NCBI GenBank assembly: GCA_050575255.1
Contig: JBNZDD010013511.1
Location: 14,091-78,090, forward strand
Direction: 5' to 3'
Source: Harriotta raleighana
Lineage: Eukaryota
DNA length: 64,000 nt
Shown one piece after another: positions 59,001 to 64,000 of this stretch. The notes below the pieces were generated by a model, which did no database searches, had not been told where the DNA came from, and saw only the letters and a program-made list of their open reading frames with translations. Position numbers and translations under genes: made by a program. How positions within the stretch are numbered: the first letter of the stretch is position 1; the number at the start of each line of letters is the position of its first letter.

Positions 59001-62000
59001 CATTCTTGTAAATACTAATCCTGGACAACACTAGCAATAATTATCGGCAGCCACAAATACATAATAATAATTCTTGAATTTTGTTATAGTGCTTTTCACT
59101 TCTAGACGTCCCAAAGCGCTTGACAAATTATATTCAACTGTATATTGTAGTAGACCTACATCAACATTACTCTGCAAAGGACAAATCACAGTCACTTAAC
59201 CCAAAGCCTTAGCAGTATTTGCTTAAATTATACACTAGAATTCTCTGAGGTTCTTTCCGAGAGCCACTGTACAAATGCAGCTCATCATAAATGCAGGTCG
59301 GTACAGTTCTTTACACAAGAAATCTGTCTCATTACTTACTTGGCAGGATCCTTTATGATCCACCAATTGTTCACATCCTTGAAAGGATAACAGGTTACCT
59401 GCTGTTGGTGGGAACTACCTCTGCCGTCCTCATATCTGCAAGTGAAAAAAAACAACACAAAGCACCTTAGATGACAGAATAACTGTGGCTAAAGTGCATC
59501 ACCTCCCACTTTGTGACATGACTCTACCTGATGGGATAGTTGCTCTTGTGGGAATGGAGCCAGCAAGGAACAGGTTTGCTCCATAAATTCCGGAGTGTAA
59601 TCTGGGAACCGTAGGCTATTTCAAGAGGCTGTCCCCTCGTGATACGTGCCAGGCCACCCTGCAATGCAAACATAAAGTAAATTTATAAAATACAGTATAT
59701 AGAAATCTATAGTCAAAGGCATAATTTTATTGAGAGATATCATTGGCTTTCTGGTATCTGACTCAAGTGATGATTGTTCACTTATGAGCATGACGTGTCA
59801 ATGGGGGAATTGAAAGGTACTAATCATCAGAACTCAGCCTCTTATGCTGCCCATGTATATATATATATATCTGTATTTTCAGCAGAACCGTGAACTCAGC
59901 AGTAACCAGGAATTGAATTGGAGACCTTCTTGGTCACAAGTCATTGCAATAGTAAGATACTGAGACGGTGCAAGATTGAGGTAGATAGTTATTTGTCAGG
60001 GTCAGGGAAATAAGGGATCTGGAGCAAAGGTGGGTAATTGGACTTGAGGGACAGATCAGCCATGACTTTACAGAATAGCAGAACAAGCTCGAGGGGTTGA
60101 ATGGCTTTTTCCTGTTTCACACCAGTTTCAATGTGACAATTAAAAATTGGCAGGAGCCTGGAACATATGATTTGCTTATGAACTGTAATCTGAAGTGTTG
60201 CATGATGAGAATTACTGAAAAAACGTACATACTCAACTCTCACCTCAAGGCTGGCCTGGAATGTGCTGGTCATTATTTGATCGTGTGGTCCAGAGCGGTA
60301 CAACAAGGTCAGATGGATGTAGAAAATACCCAAATACAAGACTGCTGGCAGGATTAACAGTGCGAACACCCGGGCCATAACATGACAAACCACTGTAACC
60401 TGAAAAAACATCAGAAGCTACAAGTAACTTTATAATAATAATGTTTGCATTTGATCTAACGTGTGAAAGGATTCCTTCCCCTGAAAAAGCAATCCGCCAA
60501 TTGATAAACCACTGGGCTCCTACTCATTGCTAGATAAGATCATTTCAATTCAGATCATCTGAATTTGCTGATTATTGAAAATAGAGTTCAGGACAGTTAC
60601 AGATTAAATTCCCGGACTCCAATGAGTTTGCTGATACCAATGCCACAAACTGATACAATGACACAAACTATGACAATTACTTTCATTATACACAAATTAC
60701 ACAACACACAGCGCTGGATTAAAAACCTACATTTGATAATGCTGTGTCCCCAATCAACTGCCAAGTATGCACTCCAGCAATCGCCAGCAGGAGCAGGTAA
60801 GTGAACAGGCCCATATATTTCACCCTGAAAACACACCAAAAATACATAATAGCAGCCGCATGCTTTTCTCTGGAGGGTTGGTGAGAAGCAGATGTTAAAA
60901 TATCTAAAATGTTAAAGTCACATGCACGGTTCTAGCCCAAGAAACGAATTACAGTTCTGTACTTCCTTATCTACTTTGCTTTGGAATGTATTGTCTTTAA
61001 GTCTGTGTGGAGACCGGTCAATAAACAGTAACGTATAAACAGTACCTGACTGGCTCCAGCATTAATCTGTGACTGCAGCATTAATCTGTGATAAACCTGG
61101 GTGGGGGTGGGGGTGGGATTGGATAGGATTTAAATAGCATTCTGTTCTGTATGAACACAAGGAACTTAATACACTGAACGCATTATTAGAAATATAATAC
61201 AAGCTTTTTAAGGGCATTGTCTGGATAAAATACATTGGAAACCATCAGTTGAACTGCAGTATTAATGGGAATCCTTCACAATGAATTGGGGGCATAGAAA
61301 TGAATACTCCTTCACTATCTAGATCCATTATTAAGTGTCCTATTTGCATGCAGTATTTTCACTAACAAGACCAGGTTTGTTGCTGTTGCAGAAATCTGTA
61401 ACAACCACAATTTATCTGTATATCGTGCCCCTCACGCTGGGTAGCCTCTCAGAGCGCTTGAAACGTGAATGAACTCACCCAACAGCAAATGCGCAACTCA
61501 CTCCAGTTAAAAACAACCAGGACCACCAGCTCACTGAGAATGGACTGAAATATAACACAAATGACATTATGCATTAATGTCTGAACCACATTATTTTCAC
61601 AAGGCAATAAATTGGAAGAAACAATGTAATCAATACCTGTGTTGCTGTGTGTTGTAGAATTTCAGATAGGACAAGACTGCCAGCAGTGCAAAGCAAACTA
61701 GAACAGATTCCAGGAGCATAAATCGTGATTGAGTTATAAGGGAGTTTTCTGTTTTAAAAAAGACAAGAACATACAAATTATAACTTGTTTACGCTTGGTT
61801 ACAATTCCTTAAACTTTTACAATCAAATGCAATGCCATCAACCACTTTGTGCATTGGGGAGGAGGGAATGGAGGGGAAGCAAAAAAATAAACTGTCTCCT
61901 CTACACTGTTTTTGTTATGCAATACTACGCCATGTATATCCAAGTATATATTCTAAGCTGGTTAGTGATGGAAATAGACTGAAGGAGAATCACCAGCTAA

Positions 62001-63671
62001 TTCAGGAGTGAAGCATTCTTGAAAGAGGAAACTTGATTCAACAGATCATGAAACTAGGTGAGGGGGAAAAGGGAATTGCTCTTTTTTAAAAAAAACATTA
62101 TATTATTCAAGGCAAATAAGCCAGAAGAATGAAACCTGCTTCAAAAACAACATCACCTTAAACTCCCTTACCTTGTCAATTATCAAATATCAAAGCCCAT
62201 ACTTCACAACTTAGAGCCATGCTCACAATAAAATTAATATGACAATTTGAATCCCACATTTGCTCAGTGATTTTATTGGTGTGACCCTTACCGAACATGA
62301 TAAGAAGGCCAGCAATAAGAGCGTAAAGGTGTGAATACTGAAGCTCTACCACAATCTGGTATGCGAGTGGGATACAGAACGCCCCAGCTAGAGCTGGAAG
62401 GAGCCTCAGGTGCCAGACTGGGACATTCCCTGTATATTCTATATATAAAAAACACAGAGAATGCAATCATTACCATGTAGATTACTAGTTTACAAAGTCA
62501 GTCAGAAAAACTCCAAACTCAGAAAATCGAGGGGAAGGAAGTAGCCATGAAGATGTGAATTAACAAGAATAAGGGGAAATCATATCAAAGGTTATATAAT
62601 CAGAAATACTTCATTTGTTCATCATCGTCTTACATTGGGGCATAGAAAATTAAATTAGTCACTCGCTCTATGGCTGTTTGTGGACACAGTTGTGCCCAAA
62701 TTGGCTGCTGAGTTAGCCCACAAAATATATAGTCACAGCACTTTACTGTACGTGCTGTAAAGCGCTTTGAGAAGTCTTGACAATAATAAGGCACTATATC
62801 AAATGCAAGGTTTATTATTATTATCACTAAAGTATGGTGTTCTATTGAAAGCCAGGAGGTGGCACACACATAACAGATGAAAGCTTTTTGAACACATAAG
62901 TTTGTTGTTGATTACCACTCAAGGTGTGCTGTGCGCTGTGCACTGAAATGGTTTCTCACAACAATTGACCAAGTGCGAATAAAACAAGAATCAGTGGCTC
63001 GCTCCTACCTGCACCAATTCTGTTCCAAGCAAAGTTCCCATCAAAATCGCCTAAATAAGCTGAAAATTAAATAATTAAACATCTCAGCTAGGTTGTACTG
63101 TAGATGCATGATGCAAATTTTAATTGTTAAAACTTATACTGACTGAAGCTTTTACGAAATTAAAGTTTTTTTCTCAATGATCAACATGTCAGATTAAATC
63201 CTATGATACAGTACTATGTTGAGTAACCTACAAGCAGAGGTAACAGACTTGCCCAGACAGAACATCATCACAGAATGTAACATGCAAATCCAACAACTGA
63301 AAGATTAATAAGTGATCCTGAGTGGACTATTGGGTTAAATTTCACTCAAGTATATACAGTCAATTCCCTTCACAGTATATTCTGTGAAGCGCTTTGAGAC
63401 ATCTAGAAGACATGAGCTCTATATCAAATGCGAGGATTATTATTATTATATTATGTCTCAAAATAAAACATAAAGAGTAATCTTTACACTAAGAATACAT
63501 ATATAAAATACAGAAATGTATTCAAATACTTTTCTACAGAAATATATGCTTGTAATTTTCTTACCTCCAAGAGCCAAAATCATGTGACCAAGTGGAGGTC
63601 CGCTATCATCGATAAAGAATATTTGCTTCATGTACAGAGAAACAAACTGTCCATAAAAAACTTCATCAAAC
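52829..63671 (-). CDS. POMT1: Protein O-mannosyltransferase 1, 5' end outside window
   Basis: Exons on -: 63671-63565, 63059-63009, 62438-62292, 61748-61637, 61544-61479, 60824-60731, 60399-60244, 59658-59528, 59435-59340, 58436-58344, 57894-57798, 57574-57482, 57322-57202, 56611-56514, 55396-55283, 54733-54607, 54018-53841 and 53003-52829. All are GT-AG and in frame. Contains the FDE catalytic motif, MIR repeats ([18 protein letters not shown]) and the LFLYHYIP motif, ending WDILIRKR*. Confidence 0.96.
53130..53392 (-). mobile_element. tRNA-derived SINE in last POMT1 intron
   Basis: Reverse complement of consensus. Confidence 0.8.
53841..54018 (-). CDS. POMT1: POMT1 exon (SWARLVLAG...[13 protein letters not shown]...)
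   Basis: AG/GT bounded, 178 nt. Confidence 0.94.
54607..54733 (-). CDS. POMT1: POMT1 exon (AQIQLIGN...WYLLRRRR)
   Basis: AG/GT bounded, 127 nt. Confidence 0.94.
55283..55396 (-). CDS. POMT1: POMT1 exon ([22 protein letters not shown]...)
   Basis: AG/GT bounded, 114 nt. Confidence 0.94.
55495..55770 (+). mobile_element. SINE, head partly lost
   Basis: ttgggcaagtttccttac, body and tail. Confidence 0.8.
56514..56611 (-). CDS. POMT1: POMT1 exon ([10 protein letters not shown]...[10 protein letters not shown])
   Basis: AG/GT bounded, 98 nt. Confidence 0.94.
57202..57322 (-). CDS. POMT1: POMT1 exon ([15 protein letters not shown]...[10 protein letters not shown])
   Basis: AG/GT bounded, 121 nt. 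Confidence 0.94.
57482..57574 (-). CDS. POMT1: POMT1 exon (EIVNRK...[13 protein letters not shown])
   Basis: AG/GT bounded, 93 nt. Confidence 0.94.
57798..57894 (-). CDS. POMT1: POMT1 exon ([32 protein letters not shown])
   Basis: AG/GT bounded, 97 nt. Confidence 0.94.
58344..58436 (-). CDS. POMT1: POMT1 exon ([30 protein letters not shown])
   Basis: AG/GT bounded, 93 nt. Confidence 0.94.
59340..59435 (-). CDS. POMT1: POMT1 exon ([30 protein letters not shown])
   Basis: AG/GT bounded, 96 nt. Confidence 0.94.
59528..59658 (-). CDS. POMT1: POMT1 exon ([24 protein letters not shown]...[11 protein letters not shown])
   Basis: AG/GT bounded, 131 nt. Confidence 0.94.
60244..60399 (-). CDS. POMT1: POMT1 exon ([10 protein letters not shown]...[18 protein letters not shown])
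   Basis: AG/GT bounded, 156 nt. Confidence 0.94.
60731..60824 (-). CDS. POMT1: POMT1 exon (VKYMGLFTY...[11 protein letters not shown])
   Basis: AG/GT bounded, 94 nt. Confidence 0.94.
61479..61544 (-). CDS. POMT1: POMT1 exon ([21 protein letters not shown])
   Basis: AG/GT bounded, 66 nt. Confidence 0.93.
61637..61748 (-). CDS. POMT1: POMT1 exon ([15 protein letters not shown]...LSYLKFYN)
   Basis: AG/GT bounded, 112 nt. Confidence 0.94.
62292..62438 (-). CDS. POMT1: POMT1 exon ([19 protein letters not shown]...)
   Basis: AG/GT bounded, 147 nt. Confidence 0.94.
63009..63059 (-). CDS. POMT1: POMT1 exon ([16 protein letters not shown])
   Basis: AG/GT bounded, 51 nt. Confidence 0.93.
63565..63671 (-). 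CDS. POMT1: POMT1 exon ([35 protein letters not shown])
   Basis: AG/GT bounded, 107 nt, DE catalytic motif. Confidence 0.94.
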
Positions 63672-64000
63672 CTGCAGAGACATTTGGAGTGTTTTGATGA
63701 ATGAACCGCAATGTACAAATAAAACACACAGAAAAATTAGAGAGAACTTTGAAAGTCAGGTTTGACTGATTTATAGAAAAGAAAATGCATTTCGTTGATG
63801 AACTTTCATTGACCAACATTTAATTCGGACTTTTTCAGCGACTGCCAAATGATGTGGAAATAGCACCCAGATCTGTGGTATAACATGACCACAACGCAGC
63901 ACAATGTATCCTCAGGAGCAATTCATAACACCCACATATAGTACTTGGTCTTTCACATTTGTTGCTTCCAATCTGTCAATATTTCAAGATGTCCTCTAAA

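Noticed and set aside
61055-61093. Short direct repeat cagcattaatctgtga x2 in a POMT1 intron
   Set aside because: Ordinary local slippage duplication

Overview
Eukaryotic (vertebrate) genomic DNA, not prokaryotic. The gene content, the very dense tRNA-headed SINE family, the L2/CR1 fragments and the single-N contig joins suggest a cartilaginous fish, probably a chimaera such as Callorhinchus milii (inference, not verified). Four spliced genes were rebuilt by hand from GT-AG boundaries and codon phase. (1) SH3GLB2/endophilin B2 on +, with exon 1 upstream of the window and coding exons at 2049-25731, including 12-, 24- and 15-nt microexons. (2) PRRT1B, a CD225/dispanin protein, on - at 32426-38785. 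(3) UCK1 on + at 43333-49164, complete. (4) POMT1 on - at 52829-63671, with its 5' end beyond the window. Most long ORFs in the supplied track are repeat or microsatellite noise. I see no evidence for a wholly new biological system. The best leads are: extra in-frame cassette-exon candidates in SH3GLB2; a His-to-Asn change at the UCK base-specificity position; an orphan spliced-looking unit with an SH3-like motif near 29.5 kb; SINE-derived foldback hairpins; and a Tigger/mariner-like MITE, one copy of which abuts a splice donor.
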